DNA from: a virus
Taxonomy: Duplodnaviria; Caudoviricetes
Strand: one strand, 5' to 3'
IMG/VR virus record: IMGVR_UViG_3300035088_000004
Coordinates: 473 to 64,472 of that record
DNA length: 64,000 nucleotides
In this document: positions 34,983-45,756 of the stretch, piece by piece
Position numbering within the stretch: the first letter of the stretch is position 1
Layout of the letters: every line of letters starts with the position of its first letter
Translations under genes and position numbers: made by a program
The notes under the pieces: generated by a model
What the model saw: the letters and a program-made list of their open reading frames with translations, nothing else
Databases searched by the model: none
What the model was told of the DNA's origin: nothing

Positions 34983-35387
34983 ATGGGATTAGACACAACA
35001 CACGGTTGCTGGAGTGGGCCATATTCGCAATTTGCGCGCTGGCGGCAATGGTTGAGTTTATTCGTAATGACGGATCGCGGTGAAGCAGGCGATGAGGCCG
35101 CCCGGAAGATTAGCCATATGGGCGCTACAGCAGAGGCGATAGACCGAGCGTGGGCCGAAGGCCATTATGACGATCAGTTAATTCCGATTAACGTGCTTAT
35201 GAACCATTCAGACTGCGACGGTGAAATTGCTGCCGAGGTTTGCGGACCGTTAGCTGACGCGCTCGAAGCACTCGTTAAGCACATGCCACAACGGGGTATC
35301 TACGATGAGAAGCGCCCCGCCACTGAACGATTTATCAATGGACTACGCAAAGCAGCGGCAGCGGGCGAAAGCGTCAAATTTCACTAA
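34983..35387 (+). CDS. Phage protein (MGLDTTHGCW...HSDCDGEI)
   Basis: 134 aa ORF with a motif typical of phage early genes. Confidence 0.75.
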   Translation: MGLDTTHGCWSGPYSQFARWRQWLSLFVMTDRGEAGDEAARKISHMGATAEAIDRAWAEGHYDDQLIPINVLMNHSDCDGEIAAEVCGPLADALEALVKHMPQRGIYDEKRPATERFINGLRKAAAAGESVKFH

Positions 35388-35481
35388 CAACCACTGCGGC
35401 AATTTGCCCCACTAGCAACTTCCATGTACACTCCACACCACGCTCTAACAGAAACAGTGAACAAAGGGATACTCGCCTAAC

Positions 35482-35709
35482 ATGTTACGCACGCTCTTTA
35501 TCGTCATCGCTCTCTCCTTCTCAATCGCATCACAGGAACCAGTGGAAATACCGGGACCGGAACAGTGTCCGGTAGTAATCACCGCGACAGGTGAAATTGT
35601 CCATCAATGCGATCCGCTGCTTGATCCGGGAGCTGGACCAGCGCCAGTGGGGCCGGGTGGGTGTGTGGTTGGGCAAGCGCAACCCTGTCTGGTTGAAGGC
35701 GCGAACTAA
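35482..35709 (+). CDS. Secreted small 4-Cys protein
   Basis: Signal peptide MLRTLFIVIALSFSIA. Confidence 0.6.
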   Translation: MLRTLFIVIALSFSIASQEPVEIPGPEQCPVVITATGEIVHQCDPLLDPGAGPAPVGPGGCVVGQAQPCLVEGAN

Positions 35710-35741
35710 CCGCCGACAATCAGCCTGACTCAACTCAACCA

Positions 35742-37346
35742 CTACACCAGTATCCCGTAGATCCTCGCATCGGTGATCGTCCCCGACGAGCCGAGGATAA
35801 CCGCGTGGACATACAGCGGATAGACGCTGGGCAGCAGGGCAGTTGAGGCTTTGCGCAGGATGGTGACAATGCCGGAGCGGATGCGCTCGTAGTAGACCCA
35901 GGTGCCGTCTGAGCGGAGTTGATAAACATCCCCGGCGCTGTACGTCTGCCCGCCAGTTGAGTAGCCGCCACCATCCATCCACAGACGCGCTGTCCCGTCG
36001 CTAAACAGATTGAAGCCGTAGCGAATGTCTGTGAGATTAGTCCCCGTGTTTACGCTACTGACGCCAAACACTCGGATTTTATTCGTCTCCAGTACCCCGC
36101 AACGAACCTTCCAGATGCCGGGACCGGCGATCGCTTTTGTCGAACTGCCTCCAGCATCAGGAGACCCGTCTGTACCACCAGTCTTTTGAATTCCGCTAGG
36201 TACGGCGGGAGTGACATTCGCCGTGCCTGTCCAGCTAACCCCTTCCTCCACGCCGTAGTTTGCTTCATAGGCGTAAGGGAACGAGCCGTTGAGAACCTGT
36301 TCAACCGCCTGCGCCTGCATCGCATTACCAGCATCGTTCGGGTGCAGGTAGGTGCTGCTCTCGCTCAACATTTCGCCTCGACTCAGCACCGCCGTACCTT
36401 CGACTAGAATTGCCCACGATGAGCGATTGCGAGCGATTGTACGAATCTGTTCGCGATAGGCTTCCAGTAGATCGCCGAAGGAATTCGCCACCTCACTCTC
36501 TTTGAAGAACGGTGTCTGACAGTAGATCTTGATGAGTGGCAACGCCGTGTGAATGTCGTCTAAAGTTGCCGCATAGGCCGTGCCGAAGTTCACCGCTGAC
36601 CACAAGCTTGCGTTGTAGTCATTCACGCCGATCAGAAACCAGATAGCCGACGGTTTCATTGCTACCAGCTTCGCGACGAACGCAGCCCGCAAGCCCGACG
36701 TGTTCGTATCATCCCACAGCGTTCGACCCGACGCCGCTTCTATCGTGACGGATCTGGTTGTCATCTTCCGCAACATGTTCGGCCACGCGGTGTCTATGTT
36801 CTTTCCGGTGCTTCCCCCACCCCCACCTTGCGAGGTTGAATCACCGTAGACCAGCAGGCGAGATGGAGATTCAGGAGGCAGTTTCATCGCCGCCGTGTTG
36901 AACGTGCAGCCGACCAGGTAAATGCCAACTATGACACCCGATGACATGGAGTTTGTGCCGCCTGTTATAAAAATCAGCTTCCGTCCTGACGGCAAAGACT
37001 GGGTAAGAGTTTCAGCGTGCGCGCCAGTTGTCGGAGTGAGTCCGGGGCTTGCGTAAACCGTACCGTTAACCCATACCTGCACGGCGGCAGATGAACTGGT
37101 CGAGTCGCTTGCGTATACGTCAATGTCAACGCTGGTGGCGTCGGTGACGAACACTGCACGGGCTAGAGGGGAATGCTGGTTGTATCCGGTTTGAGCAACC
37201 CAATAACCGTTGTCCCACAGGTCGCCTGCGCCGAAGGTGAACGAGGTATCAATCCCACCTGTGCCGGAGTCGATTGCGTCGCACACGTCCCGCAACTGCG
37301 CGAGTATGAATCTATCAGGGCCGGGTATCAGATCTTTAAGCGCCAT
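35742..37346 (-). CDS. Tail fibre/receptor-binding protein with SGNH/GDSL esterase domain
   Basis: VYGDSTSQG, ASG, IGVND, LHPND; last gene of tail operon. Confidence 0.8.
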   Translation of the reverse strand: MALKDLIPGPDRFILAQLRDVCDAIDSGTGGIDTSFTFGAGDLWDNGYWVAQTGYNQHSPLARAVFVTDATSVDIDVYASDSTSSSAAVQVWVNGTVYASPGLTPTTGAHAETLTQSLPSGRKLIFITGGTNSMSSGVIVGIYLVGCTFNTAAMKLPPESPSRLLVYGDSTSQGGGGGSTGKNIDTAWPNMLRKMTTRSVTIEAASGRTLWDDTNTSGLRAAFVAKLVAMKPSAIWFLIGVNDYNASLWSAVNFGTAYAATLDDIHTALPLIKIYCQTPFFKESEVANSFGDLLEAYREQIRTIARNRSSWAILVEGTAVLSRGEMLSESSTYLHPNDAGNAMQAQAVEQVLNGSFPYAYEANYGVEEGVSWTGTANVTPAVPSGIQKTGGTDGSPDAGGSSTKAIAGPGIWKVRCGVLETNKIRVFGVSSVNTGTNLTDIRYGFNLFSDGTARLWMDGGGYSTGGQTYSAGDVYQLRSDGTWVYYERIRSGIVTILRKASTALLPSVYPLYVHAVILGSSGTITDARIYGILV

Positions 37347-37355
37347 TAGTTCTCT

Positions 37356-40300
37356 CTATGGTCTGGTAAACGTTGCGTACAGCCAATCGCTCGGAGGTCC
37401 AAGGGGATGCGACGATTTTTTACGCACACCAACGAAGATGTCAGTTGGCAGTGAGCCGTAATCCTCCACTTGCATGTCTCCAGTGTAAGCATATTCCGGG
37501 ATGTTACGTATCCAGCGAACATTGCGCACTCCAACTGTTACCGTGGTCCCGGCGATATTAAAGGCTGGACTATTGGCTATTCGCACTTGATACAGCAAAT
37601 CCATGTCCAACTTGAACGGCGACACCCACCACGGATTTGAAGATGCGCCGTTGTAGTTGACGTAGAAGACAATCGTTCCATCGGCTTGCACGCTGACAGC
37701 TAATCGATCACCGGAAGTCAGTTGATATTCAAGTGGACCGGACGGCGTACCTTCCGGTCTTGCAAGTATCGGAGAACCTATCTCGAAGTTCAGCCGCTCA
37801 AACTGCCAGCCAGCCATTGCCGCCCCCGTAGGATCTGTTATGCCAAAGTTGTCGTTGAGGCCGAAGAAGTTTGGAACTAACACGTTTGTCAACGGATCAA
37901 ACCCAAGCGGTACCTGCATCTCGATAAACACGCCGCCCGTCAGTTTTAGTGAAGGCGAGTTGACTGTGACAATCAATTCAGACGTGTTCCACTGGGCCTT
38001 CGTGTACAAAGCATCAAAGCCGCCGGGATCAACGTAAGTGTAAGACGTTAGAGGCAAACTCAGCCCAAAGGGATCGTCGGCTATCAGCGGCGGCGTATTG
38101 CTGACTCGCGCGAGATCTAAAGGCTTAATAGTAACCGGACCACGTAGAACAGTCCCGCCTCCGCTCGCTGCGCTTCTGATAACCAATTCAAAAGCGTCAT
38201 CCGCTGTCGGCACTGCGGTCAGGTTGTCCAGCCAGTCCAGCGCCAGACTCCCGTTCGCCAGATCAAACGTGCCCGTGATCGAATCAATCGGCAACGCTTT
38301 CAATATCTGCCCGGTCCATGTAAAGGAAATCGGCGTGGCATCGGCAACGTCCTGATTGGTAGTGACAACCTTGTAATTGAAAGGGAGATTCAACCTGTCA
38401 GTGCTGAGCGGGATTAGCTTCTCAGCCCCGTTGATCAACACGACTCGCTCACCTGCACTATGTGTGACGGCGCTTTTAGTATTGAAGCGGGCGCGGAAGA
38501 GATTGCTAACGGTGATATTCACCCCGGCGCGAGTGACAGTTTTCGCCTGCACGTACTCGTTGCCGACGAGGAGTAAGTTGCGATAGGGGTTGGCAACCAG
38601 ATCGGCCTCAGTGCAAGTAACAAGCGACGGGAACGGATCTTCGTACTTGAACGAGAAAGTGACGGTGTTGGCGGTGTCGATTGGGATAGTATTTGAGACG
38701 GAGCCAAGCGTGGTTGATGCCGTGCCGATAGTCGCAGGCACGTCCCCACTGGTAATGAACGTATACCCATCACCAAAGTCGGCCCACAACGCCCAGCCGC
38801 GTGCATCTCCATCGATACCTAAATCGTGAGTGACCACAAGGTAGAAACCGGGAGTCAGCGCGTCCCTGTCGTGTAGCGGCGGCGAGTCGATGAACTGCGC
38901 GATAGAATCCTTCGTCTGAACGTATTTCAACGTTGATGCAAGGGGAATTCGATGCGCGCCAACGTCATCAGAGAACATCTCAGTTGAGTAGCGACGGGCG
39001 GTGTTGATCTCAACATCGTGATTCGGCTTGATGCGTAGGTCTTCGATTCGAGTGACCACGTTGATCAGCCCGCCTGAATCGTCTGACGCGCAGATCACGT
39101 CACCTTCTTCCAGTACCAACCCCTGTGGTCCTGTGGCGAGGGAGTTGAACCAGTCACCCTCACGATTCTTCGACAGCAACCAGCCGCCGATTCTTGCCAC
39201 TTGGTCCACTGAATCCACGGCTGAGAGGTCTACGTCAAGCGGATAAACCTTCTTCACCTGGTCCTGATGAGTGCGATCGTTGAACTTGAACGGAGTGAGG
39301 GCGAAATCGTTCTTCGCATCGCGAAAGTTGCCCTTGATCTGGTTGACGGAGGATTGCTTTGAGCCGAGGGGCCATTTGTAGCTGTCCTTTTTGACATTTG
39401 CTCGGGTGAGCCCGGCTTGCTGGAGTACGGTGGAGCCGAATTCGGTAAATACGGCTGATCCGCTGGCAACAGTCGCTCCGGCGGTTGTGGGCCAAGTTGG
39501 CTCGGTTGCGCCAGTCGTCCCATCCGTCGTCACCTTGTACTTGTGGCCGTTGAGCGTGGTGGGTAGGTAGATGTCATTGAGGACTACAGCCGATGACCCT
39601 TGCCACGCTGCGTAAACATCCTGCGAGTTGGTGGCAAAGGAGAAGGCGACGCGGATTAGCTCTTCGGCTGTCGTGTTGGAACTGGGTGGGATAGCTGCAC
39701 CCGGTAACGGCAAACTGTTAATCGAGAAGTTGCTGTTGTTCGTCCGCGAGACAATAAACTTCAAGTTCGTCGAGTTCGCCTTCTCGCTGATGTAGAAGTC
39801 GCGTGACGTTCCAGTGAGTGCCGGGAGGGATGATAGGTTGATTTGCTGATTCGCAGTTAGGGTGATCGACGCGAGCGGGGTTAGCGCAGTTGAGCCACTT
39901 GCTGTCACGTCCGCATATGCAACCCTGTACACCCCGGCAGCTAATGCACCAGCCGCAGCAGCCACAGTCGGTGCGGCAGATGGATCGCTGATGCCAATCG
40001 TATGAGGCAGCAACAACGCCGGAACAGTCAGCGCCCCGTGTAAACACTGGAGCGTGATGACCGTCGGCGTCGAGACGCTCCACACGGCTCGGATGAACTT
40101 GTTTAGCCGCTGATTCGCGTTGATGTAGTGGCTGAGCATCGCGGCGGTTGTTCCTGTCGTATCACCAGCATCCAGCGTGTAGGTGACTGCGATCCCGTTG
40201 ATTGTTGCTGTAACCGTGTTTCCCGCCGCTGGAGTCCCGCCGATGGTGATCGTCCCACTGGCTTGAACGGTTGTAGACCCTCCGGTAAGCGTCGCTCCTG

Positions 40301-42140
40301 ACGCAGCAATCGTCACTGTGCCGGTTTTCGACACCGCCAGCGTGACAGAGTTGCCGGAGGTGGAGAAAACGGCTGCTGTAGGAGTGCGCACCTCGCTGGT
40401 GGTCAACCCAAAGCCCAGCAGCACCCGCCCTTGTAAAAGATCCGGTCCGATTTTCCATGGGGTTACATCAAGCAGGGGGATAGCAGTGTCGCCAATTGCC
40501 GTAGCAGTTCTAAGTCGGGTTGAATCTGAAGGTTGTTCGGACCGGATTTCATACCTGCCAAACTTGTTCACGCGCATGAACAGCTTGGCAACGGGGAAGA
40601 CGATTTTATAGAGCAGATCGACGGCGCGGATCTCCTCGGTTAAGGGAAAGTTAGCAGTGTAACGTTTGCGCAACGGCTTCTGAGCAATGAACGTCGGGTC
40701 AGTTGGATCGGACGGATCAGGCAACGGGTCGCCCGGGTCAAGTGGGATGTACGGGCCATCGTCAATAATCGGGTCAAGTGGATCGCCGAAGCTATCAAAC
40801 TTTACACCCTGCGTGTTGATGTTGCCGGTTGGCAGAAAGCGTTTGAACTCGATCCCGGCCTGCGTGATGTCTGGACCAACAATCGGAATAACCTGCGTAT
40901 TCGTGTTATCAACCAGCGGCGCATCACAATGTAGCGCCGTTCGCCACAACACGGCATCTTCCATAAACGCAGGGTCGATATTCACCCACTTGGCTGAAGT
41001 AAGGATAAACCGGGCAATGTGCACCGGGTTGTCGGTCCACCCGGACAAGGAATACACACCCGACGAGTTAGGCAACGGCACCACCCGCCCGCGTATCACC
41101 CCCGTCACCGTCACTGGACCATCTTCTCGCGCCAGCGCCTCATCCGGGTCAGGGGCGAGACTGACGGCATCGATGTAGGCAAGGTGAGAGAACATCAGCC
41201 CGGCACCGAGGTCCGTTATCCATGTATTCCCTGTGTTCGTCCCGGTCCCACCTGCATCGCCAAGGTGGATACCCGGCGCACGTCCAAGGAAGTTGCTTTC
41301 CGGGTCTGACCACCCTTCATTCCTCGTCTTGAGATTATCTATCCCTGCAATCGGCCCCTTGCATACAGCCATGAGGAAATCAACGTGTGTACCTTTGTCG
41401 GCCCACTGGATGGGAATCAACTCCATCTGCACGCGCCCAAAGACTTCCGGGACGATTTGACCAAGCGGCGTGCTGTCAATTGAACTCCATTGCTGGGTGG
41501 TGTAGACAGTCTTGCGGCGTCCGAACAGGCGTCCGAAGAAGGAAGTGGAAGGGACCACCTGTGGAAAGGTGTTGGACCCGGTGATTGCATTGAATGGGAT
41601 GCCCTCGAATAGCGGATCGCTCGGCAACCGCCCATCAGGATCATCAGCTTGGAATTTGTCCGGTGGAACTGTTTGATTGATGTTGCCGAAGTCCTGATGG
41701 GCTTGGAGTGTGAATGACCCTTTGTCGATGTCGCTGGGCTTGTCACAACGGCCCACAAATAGCACGAGACTGTCGGTTGTCACCGGTGGAGCTACACAGC
41801 GGATGACGAGAAACATCCCCTCAATGTTCTGCGTCTGCGCGAATGTGGCCATGTAGCGGCTGATGTTCGAGAAGTTGAGAGTGACGTTGTTGGTCTTCTC
41901 TCCCATGTTCCGCGTAATATCACCGCGACCTTGGCCGTCACCTTTCAACTCCCGTCGATAGGCCAACCCGTTCCACGTAATCTCTTCAGCAGCAAACTTC
42001 TCCAATGCATCCGCAGGGGCAAAACCACCAACTCCCGGCACATAGTTGTGCGAATAGAACTCGTACAAGTCCACGAGATCGCGTGGCTCAAACTGGCCTT
42101 TATCAAGTTCGGTTTGTAACGCGGAGTTTACCTGCTGCAT
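37356..42140 (-). CDS. Tail tip/hub (central fibre) protein
   Basis: 1594 aa after Dit-like gene; VPEVFG, WTDNPV, LEEGDVI patterns. Confidence 0.8.
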   Translation of the reverse strand: MQQVNSALQTELDKGQFEPRDLVDLYEFYSHNYVPGVGGFAPADALEKFAAEEITWNGLAYRRELKGDGQGRGDITRNMGEKTNNVTLNFSNISRYMATFAQTQNIEGMFLVIRCVAPPVTTDSLVLFVGRCDKPSDIDKGSFTLQAHQDFGNINQTVPPDKFQADDPDGRLPSDPLFEGIPFNAITGSNTFPQVVPSTSFFGRLFGRRKTVYTTQQWSSIDSTPLGQIVPEVFGRVQMELIPIQWADKGTHVDFLMAVCKGPIAGIDNLKTRNEGWSDPESNFLGRAPGIHLGDAGGTGTNTGNTWITDLGAGLMFSHLAYIDAVSLAPDPDEALAREDGPVTVTGVIRGRVVPLPNSSGVYSLSGWTDNPVHIARFILTSAKWVNIDPAFMEDAVLWRTALHCDAPLVDNTNTQVIPIVGPDITQAGIEFKRFLPTGNINTQGVKFDSFGDPLDPIIDDGPYIPLDPGDPLPDPSDPTDPTFIAQKPLRKRYTANFPLTEEIRAVDLLYKIVFPVAKLFMRVNKFGRYEIRSEQPSDSTRLRTATAIGDTAIPLLDVTPWKIGPDLLQGRVLLGFGLTTSEVRTPTAAVFSTSGNSVTLAVSKTGTVTIAASGATLTGGSTTVQASGTITIGGTPAAGNTVTATINGIAVTYTLDAGDTTGTTAAMLSHYINANQRLNKFIRAVWSVSTPTVITLQCLHGALTVPALLLPHTIGISDPSAAPTVAAAAGALAAGVYRVAYADVTASGSTALTPLASITLTANQQINLSSLPALTGTSRDFYISEKANSTNLKFIVSRTNNSNFSINSLPLPGAAIPPSSNTTAEELIRVAFSFATNSQDVYAAWQGSSAVVLNDIYLPTTLNGHKYKVTTDGTTGATEPTWPTTAGATVASGSAVFTEFGSTVLQQAGLTRANVKKDSYKWPLGSKQSSVNQIKGNFRDAKNDFALTPFKFNDRTHQDQVKKVYPLDVDLSAVDSVDQVARIGGWLLSKNREGDWFNSLATGPQGLVLEEGDVICASDDSGGLINVVTRIEDLRIKPNHDVEINTARRYSTEMFSDDVGAHRIPLASTLKYVQTKDSIAQFIDSPPLHDRDALTPGFYLVVTHDLGIDGDARGWALWADFGDGYTFITSGDVPATIGTASTTLGSVSNTIPIDTANTVTFSFKYEDPFPSLVTCTEADLVANPYRNLLLVGNEYVQAKTVTRAGVNITVSNLFRARFNTKSAVTHSAGERVVLINGAEKLIPLSTDRLNLPFNYKVVTTNQDVADATPISFTWTGQILKALPIDSITGTFDLANGSLALDWLDNLTAVPTADDAFELVIRSAASGGGTVLRGPVTIKPLDLARVSNTPPLIADDPFGLSLPLTSYTYVDPGGFDALYTKAQWNTSELIVTVNSPSLKLTGGVFIEMQVPLGFDPLTNVLVPNFFGLNDNFGITDPTGAAMAGWQFERLNFEIGSPILARPEGTPSGPLEYQLTSGDRLAVSVQADGTIVFYVNYNGASSNPWWVSPFKLDMDLLYQVRIANSPAFNIAGTTVTVGVRNVRWIRNIPEYAYTGDMQVEDYGSLPTDIFVGVRKKSSHPLGPPSDWLYATFTRP

Positions 42141-42527
42141 TTAAGGGTATTTGACTAAGCCAACGACTCGCTGCTGGTTGTGTAATCCAACGTGCTGTGG
42201 GCGCTCGTACTTCTCATAACGGACTCCAGAGTAAAGCGTCCCGTCTCTATCACGATAGTTGAATGAGAAAGCCGACAGACCGTCTGGTCCAACTTTCGCG
42301 CTCAACGCATGCGCATCAAGTATCGCGACCAGCGCCGCGCTCTTCCCGGTGTAGATCAGTGCCCAGCGTTTTATCCCGCTACCGCCATTTTGCAATTTGA
42401 AGTCTCTCCCGCCGTCATCATATTCGGTGAATCCCACTTGAAACACCTCCGGCTGGAGTTGATACCAGATGTTGGGAAAGGGATTGCTACTGGATACCGA
42501 GGGCAATGGAAATTCGGCTACAGGCAC
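42141..42527 (-). CDS. Distal tail-like minor tail protein
   Basis: 128 aa between tape measure and tip genes. Confidence 0.65.
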   Translation of the reverse strand: MPVAEFPLPSVSSSNPFPNIWYQLQPEVFQVGFTEYDDGGRDFKLQNGGSGIKRWALIYTGKSAALVAILDAHALSAKVGPDGLSAFSFNYRDRDGTLYSGVRYEKYERPQHVGLHNQQRVVGLVKYP

Positions 42528-42532
42528 AGTCT

Positions 42533-45244
42533 CTACCCCTTTATTTCCGACAGAATCATCTGTCTGATTGGTCCATTGTTACGATGATCGTCCAACGTCA
42601 CCTGTACAATCGCGCCCGGCTCCTGTTTGACGTTAACGAGCAGGGTAATCGCCTGCTGGTTGCGCGACGTGCGGTCTAAGTCAACTGGTTTAGGCGAGCT
42701 TGAGCTTGTCGCAGGCACTCGACTACCGCCGCCCGACCCACCACCACTCGACGCCGTACTCCCGGGCCCTTTACCATTGAACGAGTTGCCTGCTATCGCT
42801 CGGCCTGCTAGTCCGGCAATCGCAGCCACAGCGGCGAATTTAGCGGCGGCAATGCCATGTTGCGCAGCGGAGGCGAAGTTGCCGAAGGCGAGATCGCCGA
42901 TCGCGTAGGCTGCGTGTAGGGCCGCTTGCACAAGGGCTTGAGCAGCGATGGAGGCGAGCGTCTCAGCCAGCGCGCGTTTGAGTGCCTTACCAATCGATTC
43001 ACCGTACAACACCCAGGCGCGAGCGGCATCGCCCAGCCCATCAGCAAGCGACTCCATTGCAAATTTGACGGTGGTGGTCGCAAAGGTCGAGAAATCCTCC
43101 AGCATCAGCCGGAGATGCGACAACCCATCTTCCCACATGCTGAAGTCCGGTGGTGGCGGCAGGCCGATGGTCGCGTCCGGGTCAAACACTTTGCGTGGGT
43201 CCAACTCCGGCACTTTACCAGTCCCCGGCCCCGGCACAACTGCCGCCTGCTCGCGCATCAGGTCGAGCATCTCTTTCATGCGCTCAATGGAGTCGATGAG
43301 ATGGGCGCGGTAGCGTAACCACTCCTCGTCAATCCTGTGGATCGCACCCGGCACAAGGGAGATCTTCGCGATGAACTCCTCCGTCTCCTGCACCGCGCTC
43401 TTTGGGCCGAATTGCAGTTCACGCAACGTCTCAGCCTGCTCCCGCATGAACTGAGTCACGCTCTCAGCAGCGGCCTCCGTCGCCTGCTTCTGCTTCTCTA
43501 TCTCAGCCTTGATTAACTTGTCAGTCTCAATCCGCTGCTTAGCAAGATCGATTAGTTGAGCCGCGATGATGATTTGTTGGCGTAGCGAGGCGTTGGTGTC
43601 TTTGTACTGTGTGTCAAGGAGCTGCTGAGCTATCTCCTGCGCTTTGGTGACGGATGTCAGACCGCGCAACTCGCCTTGCAACTGACGTAACAGCGAGATG
43701 CCGGGATCGGCCTTTGCTTTCGTCTTCTTGGTGAGGTCATCCTCCGTCTCCTCTACCCGCTTCTTCTGTGCAATCCCGCCGCCAAAGCCAACGTCAACCC
43801 CAACCTTTTGCTGAGCATTGGCCAGCGCCTTGGCCCGCTCCTCAGCTTCCCGGTAGACATCGGCGATGGTCTTGACTATATTCGCCTGCGCGTCGAACGC
43901 TTTAGTGGCTGAAACTGCCGCTTCGCGTAGTTCATTCTGTGCAACTTTGTGAAACTCTGCGGCCTTGGCGGCGTCACCTTGCGCGGATTTAATCGCGGCC
44001 AACGCTTCGTTGAGGATTGCTGCTGACAGGTGTGAGCCTTCTCGTAGCAGTTCGACTACAAACGTCACTTCGCCGGAGATGGTTGCAGCAACGATCCTGA
44101 TTGCGTCTCGTACCGAGTGAATCAACTCCACCAACCCGTCGAATATCGTGGCTGAGACTTGCCCGACAGTCTCGAGATTCTTTTTGAACTCAACGGAACT
44201 CTGTGACGCCTCGCTGAAGTGAACAGCAGTTTGAGTCAACTTTTCGAACAGTGGGGCGAATGCGGTTGCTGATGTCTGTAGCAGCGCGTCTTTGATGTTG
44301 GACATCGCGCCGGAGAAGGTCTTCGACTGCGCCTCCATCAGCCCGCCGAAGTTCTGTTGGGAAAACTTCTGAAACGCGTCGATAAAGACCTTGGATGAGA
44401 TCTGCCCATCCTTAACCAGATCGTTTATTTCAGATCGGGACTTGTGCAGTGTCTCTTGCAGGATCTTAAACGCCGGAATACCAGCCTCGGCAAGCTGGTT
44501 CAACTCCTGCGTCATTACCTTGCCCTTGGATTGGATCTGCGAGAGGGCAAGAGTGACCCGATCCAACCGCTCAGACCCACCACCAGCCGCAGCAACCGCA
44601 TTGCCAACATCGGTCAGGATGGGTATCACCTGTTCAGCGCGAAAACCCAACGCCTGCATCCGTTGCGACGCATCAATCAACTCAGCGAATTGAAACGGTG
44701 TTTTCAGCGCGAACTGTTGCAACTCCTTCAGATGGTCCTGCGCCAACTGCGCACTGCCCATCATCGTGGTGAAGGCGATCTGCGTGGTTTGTAGCTTGTT
44801 GGAATAGTCCAGCCACGCCTCACCGGCTTGGCGAATCTCGTTGATAGCAGACACGCCGACGAGGGCGGTTACGCCGCCGACGGCACCGCTGATGAATGCG
44901 GAACGACGTGCCTGAGACGCGGCCTGCGCAGCCTCCACCTGTCTTGCTGCTTCACGCGCTATTCTGACCTGCTCCCGCTCCTCAGCCCGCCATTGTGCAA
45001 TCAACGCAGCACTCCGCTGGCGCTGGAGGGAAAGCGCCGCATTCATCCGTGCCCGCTCTTCCCGCTCCAGTGTCTTCGTCTGCTTCGTTGCTTCAGACGC
45101 AAGTTGTCGATTCGTATCCCGCGCAGACGACACCTGCGACGTGCTGAACTTCGACAGATCAGCGCGTATCTCTGCTATCACGCCTTTTAACTGGCGCGGG
45201 TCGCCGTTGAACTTGAGTATTATTTCGGAGGTGCTAGTGGCCAT
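42533..45244 (-). CDS. Tape measure protein
   Basis: FALKTPFQF...ALSQIQSKGKVMTQELNQLAEAGIP...GAMSNIKD. Confidence 0.92.
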   Translation of the reverse strand: MATSTSEIILKFNGDPRQLKGVIAEIRADLSKFSTSQVSSARDTNRQLASEATKQTKTLEREERARMNAALSLQRQRSAALIAQWRAEEREQVRIAREAARQVEAAQAASQARRSAFISGAVGGVTALVGVSAINEIRQAGEAWLDYSNKLQTTQIAFTTMMGSAQLAQDHLKELQQFALKTPFQFAELIDASQRMQALGFRAEQVIPILTDVGNAVAAAGGGSERLDRVTLALSQIQSKGKVMTQELNQLAEAGIPAFKILQETLHKSRSEINDLVKDGQISSKVFIDAFQKFSQQNFGGLMEAQSKTFSGAMSNIKDALLQTSATAFAPLFEKLTQTAVHFSEASQSSVEFKKNLETVGQVSATIFDGLVELIHSVRDAIRIVAATISGEVTFVVELLREGSHLSAAILNEALAAIKSAQGDAAKAAEFHKVAQNELREAAVSATKAFDAQANIVKTIADVYREAEERAKALANAQQKVGVDVGFGGGIAQKKRVEETEDDLTKKTKAKADPGISLLRQLQGELRGLTSVTKAQEIAQQLLDTQYKDTNASLRQQIIIAAQLIDLAKQRIETDKLIKAEIEKQKQATEAAAESVTQFMREQAETLRELQFGPKSAVQETEEFIAKISLVPGAIHRIDEEWLRYRAHLIDSIERMKEMLDLMREQAAVVPGPGTGKVPELDPRKVFDPDATIGLPPPPDFSMWEDGLSHLRLMLEDFSTFATTTVKFAMESLADGLGDAARAWVLYGESIGKALKRALAETLASIAAQALVQAALHAAYAIGDLAFGNFASAAQHGIAAAKFAAVAAIAGLAGRAIAGNSFNGKGPGSTASSGGGSGGGSRVPATSSSSPKPVDLDRTSRNQQAITLLVNVKQEPGAIVQVTLDDHRNNGPIRQMILSEIKG

Positions 45245-45438
45245 TGGTTTCTGTTACAATATCAGCCAGTTGGAACGTGTGACGAGTCCATGCTTTAGAA
45301 AGCGGTAGGAATGCTTAGCTGAACGCGTAGGCCCGACTGCGCCGCCTCGTCCATCTTGTTATTCAACTCAGCAACCAACACTTGGATCGTGTTCACAAGT
45401 AGCGACTGCTGCTCTTGAATCACTGCGTCAATCATTGC

Positions 45439-45756
45439 CTATCTCCGCGCTAACATCGATCGCGCAATTAGCTCATCATCAGACGGCGGTAAAGTTGAGT
45501 GTTCAGACGCATCTAACGGAACCTGATCATCCGACTCCACCACTTCCCCACCAAACATCACCATCCAGAACTCCCTGTCCCGCTTCTCCCGCTGCCCTTC
45601 ACGGGTCGCCAACTCCGTCTGGATGTACAGCGCCGCTTCCCGATCAAGCTCCTGCGCCGCTGACCAGTCCCTGATCTGCATCCTTTGACTCGGGCTCTGC
45701 GACGGGAACGTGTACGCCGTCCACGCCATCTCCTGAAACGCCGGACTCTTCAGGAA
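45439..45756 (-). CDS. Frameshifted (GT-type) extension of tail assembly chaperone
   Basis: +1 frame open from ACC-TTT-CCT at 45752-45760. Confidence 0.6.
   Translation of the reverse strand, partial: FLKSPAFQEMAWTAYTFPSQSPSQRMQIRDWSAAQELDREAALYIQTELATREGQREKRDREFWMVMFGGEVVESDDQVPLDASEHSTLPPSDDELIARSMLARR

Noticed and set aside
35742-42140. Diversity-generating retroelement acting on tail genes
   Set aside because: No reverse transcriptase and no template/variable repeat pair seen.
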